DNA from: Squalus acanthias | Taxonomy: Eukaryota | Assembly (NCBI GenBank): GCA_030390025.1 | Contig: CM059433.1 | Location: forward strand, 10,356,001-10,420,000 | Reading direction: 5' to 3' | DNA length: 64,000 nt | Shown here: positions 12,896 through 25,056 of the stretch, in pieces | Layout: the number at the start of each line of letters is the position of its first letter | How positions within the stretch are numbered: position 1 is the first letter of the stretch | Translations under genes and position numbers: made by a program | The notes under the pieces: model-generated | What the model was told of the DNA's origin: nothing | Database searches by the model: none | Seen by the model: the letters and a program-made list of their open reading frames with translations, nothing else

Positions 12896-13475
12896 AGTGT
12901 TTATTTTCTTCAAGAGTAGCTGCAGCCTATTTTTTTTTAGATAAGGAGGATTTTCTTGGGTAAATGCACCAACTGGCTTTATTCAACCACTCCTGTCAAT
13001 GCATTTGAGTAATTACCGGCGTTGGAAAAATAAAGCAAGACGTAGGGCTGGGATGGTGATGAGTTTTACTTAAGATAAAGAGTTACACTGAGACTCCCAT
13101 AGTTAGAACTTTACTATAACAAACTACTATAATGTGTTATGAGCACTATTGGCTTGTTTGCGTGTGAGTTCAGCGCGCGCTTATATTCTGTAAACTATTT
13201 TCAGTCTATTTCTGCCCTTGTGGCAAAAGTCCAATTGCGACCATGCAATAAGTAGAGAGAGAGCATCCATGAGGAAACATGAGGAGTGATATTATTAATC
13301 AGTAAGAGTTCTATTGGAAATTACAGACAGGTTCAACTGAAAGCACAGATTCAACTTGCGTCTGTTCCTGCAAGCCAGTTATTGTGCACTTTAACTCTTT
13401 ATTAATTGCAGTGGGGTATGATTTTAGCATTCTGCATAAGAAAATAAACCTTTTTGACAGATTCAAAGAAGCAAT

Positions 13476-14183
13476 GGGCCAACATTGGCGATCGGAGGCT
13501 TCCCGCGGACGGACGCCTGCAACCTGCAAAATGTCTACCAAAGTACCTGGTGGCCCGGGGGGAATGGTGGCTTGCGCTCCCGGGCCTCTCCGGGTCCGCG
13601 CGGGCAGAGCCCCACGTATCCCAGGGGCGCAGGCGGTTCGTAGGCGCTCCTGGGATCACGTGGGCCGGCCCAACCAATGGAAGAAGGGAATCCCCATTCA
13701 ACCTTTTGACAGTTCTGTATGTACGGAATTGTCAAAAGTATGAATGGGGATCACCTAAAAAATACACCAACACATGAAATAATTTTTTTTATTACCTATT
13801 TAAAATTAATTAAAATGCCATTTAATTAAATATTTTAAACAAAAAATTTATTTTTTGGAAAAAAAACTAAATGTTTTTACGGGGCTAAAAATAAACTTAG
13901 CTTTTTGAAGAGTATTTTTAATTTATAAATGAGTTATCAAATTTCATTTTTCTATTTTTTTAAACTCTTAAGCTGGTAAAAGCCGGCCTTACGTCTGCTT
14001 TTACCGGGCGTAAGAATTTGACAGTCATTCAGCGGGCGGAAGTTGTGCAAAAAGCCCAACTCTCCACCCGCGGAGGCCCGTCTCCCAGGATGCGGAGGAT
14101 CTGTCAAGAAATCGGCACGTGCGCGGCCCCTACGGGCGCGTGCGCACCTGGTACGCACCCGTAGGAGTCGCAAAATCCGGCCC
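13476..14183. mobile_element. PIF/Harbinger-type MITE, family B copy 1
   Basis: GGGCC...GGCCC termini with 3-bp AAT TSD (13473-13475 / 14184-14186); further copies at 25057-25800 and 45283-46245. Confidence 0.9.
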
Positions 14184-15039
14184 AATATGTCTTTAAATGC
14201 TTTAAGAACAGAAAAGCACAGCAGGTTAACCAGCACATAAAAGAGGATGCCAAGTTCATATTTCAGGGCGAGCCTTCTTCAGAACTATGTTCTGAGGTTC
14301 TAATTTGGCGATTCCGGCTCCCTCTTCAACCATTTAAAAATAAAACGTGTCTATTTAAAATAGTTAAATCAGTATACCCTCAATCCAATGAATCCCTTCA
14401 AACACCCCTGGGCTGACATGGGATTCAGGTACAGCGATGAGAGTGATGGTGAGCCAGTTTGGTGAGAGTAGAAGGTGGTGTCTGGGGTTATTATATGTTG
14501 TAAAAGGTTTCAGTTCACCAACTAACATTTGGTTTCCAGCATTTTCTGTTTTTTATTTCAGACTTCCAGCCTCCGCAATATTTTGCTTTTGTAGCGTTTG
14601 ATATATCTGGTGTTAGATTCCCAATGGAATGAACTGGACTCTGTAAAATTGCATTGAAATCCATACAACTATTTTATTTACATATTTTTATTATCTATAA
14701 CCTTTCCAGGAAAAAAATATTTTTGGCTTCAGGGCAGAATTACAAATGGTTCTAAATGCTGAAAAATGCACAAACAATAGTCAAAATCAAATTTTCTGGG
14801 GGAAGGGCAGACTTCTAGAAGGCCCGGACTACCTAGAAACTAAATCAAAGCATCCGAAATTGTTGGAAAATTGTACGATCACCAATCAGGCACACCGACC
14901 TTTGCATCTAAATCTCCAAACGCTGAGAGCGGAGATTCGCAATTTCCGGGCTCTATGTATTCAGCAATCGCAACCCCTTTAATAATTTCTGAATCATTTG
15001 CTGCTCACTTTTTTTACTTTGGGATTTACCCACGTAATA

Positions 15040-15917
15040 CAGTTCTGGATGGGCAAAAATCTTCTCCAATTAAATATTGGGAAGACCGAAGCCATTGTTT
15101 TCGGTCCCCGCCACGAACTCCGTTCCCTAGCCACTGACTCCATCCCTCTACCTAACATCTGTCTGAGGCTGAACCACACTGTTCGTACCTTGGTGTCATA
15201 TTTGACCCTGAAGTGAGCTTCCAACCACATATCCGCAGCATAACAAAGACCGCCTACTTCCACCTCCGTAACACCGCCCGTTTCCGCCCTTGCCTCAGCT
15301 CATCTGCTGCTGAAACCCTCATCCATGCCTTTGTTACCTCTAGACTTGACTATTCCAACGCACTCCTGGCCGGCCTCCCACATTCTACCCTACGTAAACT
15401 TGAGGTGATCCAAAACTCGGCTGCCCGTGTCCTAACTCGCACCAAGTCCCGTTCACCCATCACTCCTGTGCTCGCTGAACTACATTGGCTCCCGGTTAAG
15501 CAGCGCCTCGATTTCAAAATTCTCATCCTTGTTTTCAAATCCCTCCATGGCCTCGCCCCTCCCTATCTCTGTAATCTCCTCCAGCCCCACAACCCCCCGA
15601 GATATCTGTACTCCTCTAATTCTGCCCTCTTGAGCATCCCTGATTATAATCGCTCAACCTTTGGTGGCCGTGCCTTCTGTTGCCGAGGCCCTGAGCTCTG
15701 GAATTCCCTGCCTAAACCTTTCCGCCTCGCTCCCTCTCTTTCCTCCTTTAAGACGGTCCTTAAAACCTACCTCTTGGACCAAGCTTTTGGTCACCTGCCC
15801 TAATTTATCCTTATGTGGCTCGGTGTCAAATTTTTTGTCTTAAAATACTCCTGTGCAGCGCCTTGGGACGTTTTACTACGTTAAAGGCGCTATATAAAGA
15901 CAAGTTGTTGTTGTTGT
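15040..15917 (+). mobile_element. L2 LINE 3' fragment, young
   Basis: 196-aa ORF ETLIHAFVTSRLDYSNALLAG...IQNSAARVLT...LHWLPVKQR; (TTG)n tail. Confidence 0.95.
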
Positions 15918-16282
15918 AATAAAAGCAATTAAATGTTGGGTATACCTTCAGGTCAGTCATGGCAATTCCATATCCCACTGCACTCTCAGTGTTGCTCCTC
16001 ATCTTTACATGCTACAATGCCTACATTCCGGGCTGTTTTGTTGAGATTTCAGGTTTTTCTTTTGAAGATGTTGATCAGCTTTTGCTTGTTTCCTAGGTTG
16101 GCCATGCATGGGGGAGGTTGAGAAAGGAGAACCAGCGAAAAATACCTTCCCAAAAACAAACATGAAGGTGAATCATTGATGAAGAGGATGCGTGAACCTT
16201 CGCTGTGTGTCTGTACAAGACCCTGCACAATGAGGCTGCTTCAGCAAGCCTTTGTTAGTATATGCAAAGCATCTTTTGAAAG

Positions 16283-16690
16283 AAAGCAAATAAAAAACTT
16301 ACATTTATACAGCACCTTATCACATCCTCAGGATGTCCCAAAACACTTCTCATTGAAATAAATTGCTTTTGAAGTGTAGGCACTGTTGTTATGCAGGCAA
16401 ATCTGGCAGCCAGTTTGTGTACAGCAAGATCCCACAAGGAGCAAACAAAATGAATGACCAGTTGATCTCTTTTTTTTTGGTGCTGTGGGTTGAGGGAGAA
16501 ATGTTGGGCAGGACAGTGGAAGGTTCCGCTCTTTGCATCATGCTATCGGATCATTTACATCCATCTGGACAGGCCTGAGTTTAGTTGCACGTTTGAAAGA
16601 CGGCACCTCCAACAATGCAGCACTCCCTCTGCACTGCATGGAAGTGCCCGTCGAGATTATGCACGCAGGTTCTTGAGTTGGGCTTGATCC
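16283..16690 (-). mobile_element. Deu-domain SINE, diverged
   Basis: Homologous to 18382-18862. Confidence 0.7.
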
Positions 16691-16693
16691 CGC

Positions 16694-16833
16694 AATAACA
16701 ACAGAAAACGCTGGAAAAACTCAGCAGGCCAGGCAGCATCCGTGGAGAGAGAAACGGAGTTAACGGTTCAGGTCGAAGACCTTTCGCCAGAACATTATTT
16801 CGGATTTCCAGCATCCGCAGTATTTTGCTATTG
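16694..16833. mobile_element. Penelope-like pLTR remnant (inverted pLTR plus tail) with mutated hammerhead core
   Basis: Same sequence as 45003-45101; minus strand reads CTGGCGA AAGGTC ttc GACCT GAACC GTT AACT (core mutated); followed by plus-strand tail gatttccagcatccgcagtattttgc. Confidence 0.7.
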
Positions 16834-17100
16834 GTCCCGCAATGTCCTGAATCGGAAGCTTCAGCTGTTTCGTTCGCACCAAAGAAATGCTCGCAGTAAA
16901 AAAGAAACCATTGACTTAATTGGCAGCTTTCCCAGGCTTGTGAGACCAATGGGTTAATCGAATACTTCTGCAGAAAGAAACTATGACGTACTGAAGCAGC
17001 AGTGTGGTGCTTTCACAGATTAGCACTCTTTGATCCATATGTGGGGAGGGGCAGGGGGCTAATGTAATTTAATCTGTATACCCAGCTCATCAGAGATGTA

Positions 17101-17673
17101 GGGGGGAATTTTAACCCCCAAAAAACAGGTGGGTTGGGGTCGGGTGGGAGGTTAAAGTGTTAAAAATGTGAATCCCGACTGTAAACCGCCTCCAACCTGC
17201 CCACTTCCGGGTTTAACGGAGACGGGATGGGGGGTGGTGGTGGGGGGCAGGCAGCCAACCTGCTCCCAGGGGGAAGATTGGCCCTTTAAATATCATAATG
17301 AGTCTGGAAGCCTCTGGTTTAACTGTGGCTGGCGGGGGTGGGGGGGGGATCCCGGGCATCGGGATTCCTGGCAGCTGCAGCGAGGTGAGGATAGCCTGGG
17401 GGAGCAATCCTTGTTGGCTGGGAGGAGAAGGAGAAGGAGAGGGAGTGCTTCCTCCAGGACCCCCCCACTACACCCCAAGCTCCCACGCCTGACCTCCCTC
17501 GGGGTCGGGGCTCGCACCTACCTGTGGTTGCAGCCTCCTGTCAATCAGGCTGACTTTCGGAAGGGAACCCGTCCGTGACATCACGCGCGCGCACTCTACC
17601 GCGCACCGCCCCCCCCCCCCGCCCCTCCCTCCACCCCACGCTCTGGGCGGGTTGAAAACTTAAAATTCCGCCC
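17101..17673. mobile_element. GC-rich MITE
   Basis: TIR GGGGGGAATTTTAA / TTAAAATTCCGCCC; subterminal hairpin gggtgggaggtt...accgcctccaacc. Confidence 0.7.
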
Positions 17674-18381
17674 GCATTCTCCGAAGCGTTTGTTAATGCT
17701 GTAGGTGCTGCCTTATCTTGATTTTACATTGCTGTCATCTGTTTGTGTGTGAAAGGTGCAACAGCAAGATAATAGGTAGGACATATATTGGCCACTCTCC
17801 TAAAACCTGATCTGACACGTTACAGAAACCATATCGAATTCAGATCATCTTTTTAATCTGCTTGAGAGGTGTTTTAGCAGCAAAGTGCTTCAGGTCTTCC
17901 AAGCGCCCATCCCCTTCAGAGAGGGAAAGTAATTTAAAATGAGAATTTCACGATATGCCGAGCTCAGGGGATTCAGCCTGGCCATTTTGTGCATGTAAAT
18001 GTGGAGTTAACGCAGCAGTTTTGACATTCTCATGGCAGCTGTTGCAGAATATTTGGAACCTGAAGTTCTCATTTCATTGACTGTGACAGTTATTTCAGAA
18101 ACAAAGTTTGTAAAAACAGATGTAAGGTTTGGCATGATCAAAGTTGCAAGTTGGAACAACGTTTACTGCAGTAATTTTTCCATTATGCTGCATTAGAAAG
18201 GCTGTCAGCCAGAGCGCTCGCTAAAGCAACATTCAGAGACCCTTAACATCACAGGCTCTCAGCCCTTCACTCCACTGTGGTTGCGGCCTCCTGTTCCGTG
18301 TTCCCCGCCCGACTGGAAGGCAGCCTGTCGATCGGGCTGACTTCTGGGCGGAGAGCCTGTCCGCGACGTCACACGCACGCT

Positions 18382-18862
18382 GTGTCAGCCGTGGCTCAGT
18401 GGGCAGCACTCTCACCTCTGAGTCACGAAGGTTGTGGGTTCAAGTCCCCACTCCAGATACTTGAGCACAAAAATCTAGGTGCGGTGCTGAGGGAGTGCTG
18501 CACTGTCGGAGGTGCCTTCTTTGTGGATGAGACGTTAAACCGAGGCCCCGCCTGCTCTCTCAGGTGGACGTAAAAGATCCCCATGGCACTATTTCGAAGA
18601 AGAGCAGGGGAGTTATCCCTGGTGTCCTGGCCAATACTTATCCCTCAATCAACATAACAAAAAACAGATTATCTGGATCATTATCACATTGCTGTTTGTG
18701 GGACCTTGCTGTGCGCAATTGGCTGCCGCGTTTCCCACATTACAACAGTGACTCCACTTCAAAAGTACTTCATTGGATGTAAAGCACTTTGGGACGTCCT
18801 GAGGTTGTTGAAGACGCTATACAAATGCAAGTCTGTCTGTCTTTCTTTCTTTCTTTCTTTCT
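18382..18862 (+). mobile_element. Full-length Deu-domain tRNA SINE (SacSINE1/AmnSINE1-like body)
   Basis: A box TGGCTCAGTGG, B box GGTTCAAGTCC, body gatgagacgttaaaccgagg...aaagatccccatggcacta, L2-like tail and (CTTT)n. Confidence 0.9.
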
Positions 18863-18936
18863 ATGGAGCCATTAGGCACCTTCACTTGCTGGTGAATTGT
18901 AGGAAGAATAAATCGCAGGGAGCCTCATCCCTGGGC

Positions 18937-19054
18937 TTTATTCTCCTGGTGGTCGACTGGGACTGCCATTGGCAGTAGTCTGGAAGCTCTCAGCTGCGGT
19001 CACAGTTGACTGGTCTGAGTTGAAGCAGCAGTCGGGGTTCTATAGTTAACGTCG
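18937..19054 (-). other. Candidate terminal exon (strong acceptor, AATAAA)
   Basis: Acceptor tttttctttgtcaccatccccctccctacag ending next to 19054; early stops; AATAAA on minus at 18937-18942. Confidence 0.25.
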
Positions 19055-19400
19055 CTGTAGGGAGGGGGATGGTGACAAAGAAAAAGCAACAACAGACCAT
19101 CGGGGCTTTTACTCCTGAATGCCGTGCAGCAACTCTGCTGGAAGTGCGGATGCAAATGGAGTAGTCTTGGCTGTAATGAACAGGCAAACAGAGCAGATTT
19201 AAACACTGCCCTGGCTGCACTGTTGGCCGAGGCAGCTGCAACAAAAAGACCCGAGGAGCACTGTTCAGAGTATGGAAAACTAACAGTGCACTTACATTGC
19301 CACCAACAGCAGTTCCAAAGTCGGTGGCAAACTAGTTATCAGACCGGTGGTAACTAGGTTACATTTTTGGTTAACCTAGTCTAAACAAGGCAGCACTCAC

Positions 19401-19456
19401 CTCACAGCGGGGAAGCAGCCCCCTAACGAGGTAGATCCTGCTGCTGTTGAACTGCC
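19401..19456 (-). CDS. Candidate 56-bp exon
   Basis: Acceptor ccttgtttatattgcag and consensus donor GAG|GTGAGT; open as QFNSSRIYLVRGLLPRCE or GSSTAAGSTSLGGCFPAV. Confidence 0.3.
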
Positions 19457-19803
19457 CTGCAATATAAACAAGGTAGTTTCTACAACAAGAGCTAGTGTTG
19501 CAGAACCACTCCAGTGAGTGATTCTCCAATACATACTGCATGAGCATGAATAGGTACATCTGTGTTGTTTTTTTTTATTGTCCTCTGGATGTGGGTGACA
19601 CTGGCAAGGCCACATTTATTGCCCATCCCTGATTTCTCCTAGAAGGGAGTGACGGTGGGCAATGTTCTCTCTAATTATTTTAGGGGGCGCGCTGCCCTTT
19701 TAAACGGGGCTCTTTCTTTAACGTACACATTGTCAACACTGATTATTCCAGCTTCATAATTATTCTCGGCTCTGGCCCCATATATTCATGACACCAGAAC
19801 AGT

Positions 19804-20313
19804 GGGGCACAAACTTAGCTGTGTCCTCTCTCAGGTTGGCACGGTGCCGGCTAACTGGTTGCAATATTTGGGAATGTCTAAGTTGCTATTTTGCCACTGT
19901 GCGGATTTGGCTCCGATAGACGTTTGAAGAATATAAAGAATGGCGTCTTGCATTAAACGCGGACTAAATTGACCTTTCAGCTTAAGACCCCCATCTTGGC
20001 CACCTCGGAGGCTCTTTAACGCCTGAAGTGTCCGGGGAAAACTACCCCCTGAAACTACAAACACTACAATTAAGTCTACCCGATCCTACGCCAGATAAAC
20101 AACTCATTTGTCCCCCGGCCTGACCAGACATAATTCCTTTCCTTCATCTGAGAAAAGCCACTGCCGATCACCCACCGTAACTTCAGTGGAGGAACTACAG
20201 AGACCCCATAAAAACAGCACAAATGGTGTTTACGCCACTTTTGTAGGGTTTCTGTGGCTCTTACGCTGAAGTTACGGCAGATGATTCGGAGAACCCGGTG
20301 AATTTGATGCCCC
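19804..20313. mobile_element. MITE-like element
   Basis: Imperfect TIR ggggcacaaactt / aatttgatgcccc; internal hairpins related to 5998-6166. Confidence 0.45.
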
Positions 20314-20332
20314 AGCTGTAAACCTGAGATTT

Positions 20333-21153
20333 TAGAAACATAGAAACATAGAAAAATAGGAGCAGGAGTCGGCCATTCGGCCCCTCGAGCCTGCTCCGCC
20401 ATTCAATGTGATCATGGCTGATCCTCTATCTCAATACCATATTCCCGCTCTCTCCCCATACCCCTTGATGCCTTTTGTGTCTAGAAATCTATCTATCTCC
20501 TTCTTAAATATATTCAGTGACTTGGCCTCCACAGCCTTCTGTGGTAGAGAATTCCACAGGTTCACCACCCTCTGAGTGAAGAAATTTCTCCTCATCTCAG
20601 TCCTAAATGTCCTACCCCGTATCCTGAGACTGTGACCCCTCGTTCTAGACCCCCCCAGCCAGGGGAAACATCCTCCCTGCATCCAGTCTGTCTAGCCCTG
20701 TCAGAATTTTATACGTTTCAATGAGATCCCCTCTCATTCTTCTAAACTCTAGTGAATACAGGCCTAGTCGACCCAATCTCTCCTCATACGACAGTCCTGC
20801 CATCCCAGGAATCAGTCTGGTGAACCTTCGCTGCACTCCCTCTATGGCAAGTATATCCTTTCTTAGGTAAGGAGACCAAAACTGCACACAGTACTCCAGG
20901 TGTGGTCTCACCAAGGCCCTGTACAACTGTAGTAAGACATCCTTGCTCCTGTACTCAAATCCTCTTGCAATGAAGGCCAACATACCATTTGCCTTCCTAA
21001 CTGCTTGCTGCACCTGCATGTTTGCTTTCAGTGACTTGTGTACAAGGACACCCAGGTCCGTTTGTACATCAGCATTTCCCAATCTAACACCATTTAAATA
21101 ATACTCTACCTTTCTGTTTTTCCTACCGAAGTGGATAACTTCACATTTATCCA
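20333..21153 (-). mobile_element. CR1 LINE 3' fragment, young
   Basis: QVQQAVRKANGMLAFIARG...LYRALVRPHLEYCVQFWSPYLRKD...; one frameshift; (CATAGAAA) tail. Confidence 0.95.
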
Positions 21154-21204
21154 GTTTGCTTTGGAGAGTTTTGCAGCAGTCCGCAGAGGTGGAACAACTT
21201 GATC

Positions 21205-21580
21205 ACTAAGAAAAGCACCTTTCACAACATCCCAAGCACTTCACAGCCAATGAATTACTTTTGATAGCCTCTGTTGTTATATAGGTAAACACAGCAGCCA
21301 AAAGTGCACGTAAGCAAAGTCCCACAAACAGCAATGAGATGAAGGACCGGCCGTTCTGTTTTTGGTGGTGTTGGTTGAGGGATAAATGTTGACCAGGAAA
21401 CCTCCAGTGTTCTTCATGAAGCAGCGCTATGGGATCTTTTACACCACTCCTTAACAGCTTAACATCTCGTTTGAAAGATGCCACCTCCAGCAATGTAGTA
21501 CTGTGGTATCAATCTAAATAATGTGTTCATGGGGCCTGCATTAGAGGCAAGTGCAACCTCTGAGCCAAGCTGATACTGAA
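21205..21580 (-). mobile_element. Deu-domain SINE, diverged
   Basis: Homologous to 18382-18862. Confidence 0.65.
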
Positions 21581-21783
21581 CTGATATTGACACGAAACTG
21601 GTCAGTCTGAGAGACATACCTACAAAATGTACAAGAGCTGTTCTGTGTTCTCCCTAAAGCATAGTGATAGCTATAGGTACAGAGAAATGCTCCGACTGGA
21701 TGGAATAGAGTTTCCTTCAGGGTGGCTCTTGAGAAAATAGGATTTGATGTCTTCATCAGGTGGAAATTTTTTGCCATAACTAA

Positions 21784-22500
21784 GGGGGAGAAATTCGGTA
21801 TCGCCCCCATTTGGGGCGCTAAATTTTGAAAGCTGGAAAAATTAGCGCCAGGCGCGAACGATTCTCAGCTTTCTCTAAATTGGGTGTCAGCGCCCCAGGA
21901 AGGAAGTGGAGCGCTAAATCAAGCGCTACCACGTCCCTTCTGGAGCGCTTAACCACGCAGGAGGGGCGGTAGAGGTGCAGCGCGGCACAGTGTCCCGTGC
22001 AGCTCTGCCGGGATCCGAGGGCTCCTTCCCTCCCTTAAAGGGAAGGGTCATCGCTGCAGGCTCTGCATTTCAACGATGTCCCTCGTCGCCGACGGCAGCC
22101 GGGATCCGCGACGATCAGCCCCAAGCACTCTAATAGAGCGCAGGGCTGATCGATCGCCGCAGTTAAAAATTTTCAAAACAGCAACCTAAGGGGTGGAAAG
22201 AAATTTTCTCTGCAGACCAGTGGCCTTACCTTTAATTCGCGTTCCCGAAGTGCCTGGCCCCCCGAGCAACGCCTCCCGCAGCTGTCGGTGTTATCGCCCG
22301 GCGATGCTGTGGGGGGCGGAACCGAATTTCGGGTCCGGGGCGCTACCGGGGCGCTGCGCATCCGGATGACGTCACGATCTCCGGGCGCAGGAGATTGTGG
22401 CGCTAGGGGTTACTGCCGCCGCAAACCGCCAGGTGAATTTCGCGGCCGGCGGTACTATCGCCGCGCCTGGGCGCTAAGTCATTAGCGCCCCCCCGGAGGA
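21784..22500. mobile_element. GC-rich MITE related to 7969-8856, right end lost
   Basis: Left TIR gggggagaaattcggtatcgcccc; shared ccggggcgctaccggggcg...gacgtcacgatct subterminal block. Confidence 0.75.
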
Positions 22501-22509
22501 ATGGCTTGG

Positions 22510-23627
22510 TCATTGTAGGGATCCTTTAAGGTTTGTTGCCATATGGGTGTACTGCGTAAAGTTAAGTAAATCTGACAACGATGAGGCCATCCCTGGCCTC
22601 CCGGGCAGCAATGTGCTCGGGTGCTGGTGGGATCTGACCTGCAGGTTCCTCCAGCTCCTGCTCCTCCTCATCTTCCAGCTGATGCTCCTCCTCTCCTCCT
22701 GCTCCTCCTCCTCTGAAGAGGCTGTGCGCTCAGAGCCTTGCTCCTCATGCAGCGCTAATCCTCGCTGCTGCACTATGTTGTGCAGGGCGCAGCAGACCAT
22801 GACCATTCTGGAGACCCTGGCTGGTGTGTACTGAAGGGCTCCTCCAGATCTGTCAAGGAATCTGAAGCACATTTTGAGCATGCCTATGACACATCTGGTG
22901 GAAATGTGGCTTTCTTTGTCTCTCTCCTGGGCCTCAGTACTTGGTCTCCTCAAGGGTGTCATGAGCCACGTCTTCAGTGGATAGCCCTTGTCTCCAAGCA
23001 GCCAGCTGGAAAGTCTGTTTGGAGGAGCGAAGCACTGAGGGAGGGTGGGAGGAAAGAGTCATGGCAGCTGCCAGGGAATTTGGCGCACACATGCATGATG
23101 ATCGTCCTATGGTTGCAGACCAGCTGCACATTGAGGGAGTGGAAGCCCTTGCGGTTGACAAAGACTCCTGGGTGATGATGGGGTGCCCTGATGGCCACGT
23201 GTGTGCAGTCGATGATGCCCTGCACCCGTGGGAAGTCAACCAGAGTGGCAAAGCCGAGCGCCCGCTCAGTAACACTGGCTTCATCAGTGGCAAAGTTGAT
23301 ATAATTGGCTGACTTGTCAAAAAGGGCATCGGTGACCTGTGTGATGCATCTGTGGGCAGCTGACTGCGAGATGCTGCAAATGTCTGCTGCAGATCCCTGG
23401 AAGGAGCCCGAGGCGAAGAAGTTGAGAGTGGTGGTGACTTTGACAGCCACTGGTAAGGCGTGTCCACCAGGTCCTCTGGGCTGCAGGTCTTGCTGGAGCA
23501 AGCTGCAAATGTCTGCGACGACCTGGCGCGATACCCTGAGCCTCCTGAAGCACTGCTGCTCAGTCATGTTGAGGAAGCTCATCCTCTGCCTGTATACCTG
23601 TGTTGGGGGTATTGCCTCCAGCACCAT
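22510..23627 (-). pseudogene. PIF/Harbinger DDE transposase (HARBI1-like family), frameshifted
   Basis: [18 protein letters not shown]...[16 protein letters not shown]...[11 protein letters not shown]; after a frameshift/deletion, [37 protein letters not shown] and an acidic tail. Confidence 0.9.
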
Positions 23628-24274
23628 GCAGCCCTGCGCTGATGCCCTCTGTCCTGTGCAGCATCAGGTGGTTGAGGAGAAAGTTGATGGTGTTGTTGTT
23701 GGTGCTAATGGTGTACCTGGTGTTGGGGCTAATCATGGTCCGATTCTGAGGACCAATGTGAGACAGTATAAATTGCACCCATGCTGATGAATAGATGGCA
23801 GGTCAAGTAGAGATCAGAGGAGCAAGCTGTCAATGATGTGATAGGTTCTACCCAGGAGGTGAGACTGGGTGACGATTTTGCTGGAAACACTTGCAGCCTG
23901 TAGAAAGCTAAATGTGTGCTGGGAATGCAGTCAGCAACAGCTTCTGCCTGAGGAAAGTGATCAGCTGTGAGGTTGCAGGTTTTACAGTACATTTCATGCT
24001 GTCATCTAATCAGCTGGAGTAATGACCACTCAACTCCCGCCTCAGGCTGACAGACGTGGTTCCCGAGCTGCGTGAATCCCGTGGGCAGCCAGGGAAATTC
24101 AAAAGGTAGGCTGACAAATGCGCTTAAGAGTCTGACAACTATCTGTTGATGATTTGAATTAGGTTGCCCGCCTCTGCCGGTCAGGTCGCTGTCGCGCCGT
24201 CAAACGCGCCCGAGGGAAAGGCACGTGGGGGACGGGATGATGGCGGGTTCCCGACCCGCTGTAAGATATTTGAT

Positions 24275-24692
24275 TGGCACCCCATCGGCCACCTTAAACA
24301 TTCACTCCCTCCACCGTGTCTGCAGTGTGTACCATCTACAAGATGCACTGCAAAGACTCGCCAAGGCTCCTTTGGCAGCACCTCCCAAACCCACGACCTC
24401 TTCCACCTAGAAGGACAAGGGCAGCAGGCGCATGGGAACACCGCCACCTCCAAGTTCCCCTCCAAGTCACACACCATCCTGACTTAGAAATATATCGCCG
24501 TTCCTTCATCGTTGTTGGGTCAAAATCCTGGAACTCCCTCCCTCACAGCACTGTGGGAGCACCTTCACCACACGGACTGCAGCGGTTCAAGAAGGTATTT
24601 CACCACCACCTTCTCAAGGGCAACTAGGGATGGGCAATAAATGCTGGCCTTGCCAGCGACGCCCACATCCCATGAACGAATAGAAAAAAAAA
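24275..24692 (+). mobile_element. CR1/L2-group LINE 3' end with poly(A) tail
   Basis: VCTIYKMHC...YRRSFIVVGSKSWNSLP...LQRFKK; AATAAA and A-tail; copies at 7782 and 46735. Confidence 0.85.
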
Positions 24693-25056
24693 TGTCAAAT
24701 TTCCCACCCGACCCACCTCCAATCGCACCTGCATGGACCCCAGAAAATGCTGACCATTGGCTTTCAGACTACGCTGTGCCATTGAAGTGATTTTGAAAAC
24801 TTTGCTTTTCGGTAAGTCAACGGAAAGGAAAATCGGGTGGGGTGTATAACTGGCCGACGATCCACGCAGTTACCACCATCGCCGAAAGCTAAAATCAGCT
24901 CTCTTGTCTTCTTGGTGTCAACCTGCACTCTGAGTTTGAGGCCTTCGCTTGTTTTTCAATTTATAAGAAAAAGGTCAGATCTTAGTGAGATGAATCTATA
25001 CCAAGAACAACATTTCTGGACCCCACCAGTTTGTATTAATGTTTTAATGACATATT

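Larger units (their letters stand above)
22510..24757 (-). mobile_element. Harbinger transposon remnant; terminal region split by a LINE at 24275-24692
   Basis: Transposase plus GC-rich subterminal sequence (ggcgggttcccgacccg) resuming at 24693-24757 (cccacccgacccacc...gaaaatgctgacc). Confidence 0.6.

Noticed and set aside
13384..14240. GC-rich ORFs or CpG-island promoter in MITE B copies
   Set aside because: Entirely explained by a TIR-bounded repeat present three times.
18382..18452. tRNA gene
   Set aside because: The A/B boxes belong to a SINE head that continues into SINE body and tail; multiple copies in the window.
22510..23627. Domesticated host gene HARBI1
   Set aside because: Frameshifted, internally deleted, and embedded in transposon subterminal sequence.
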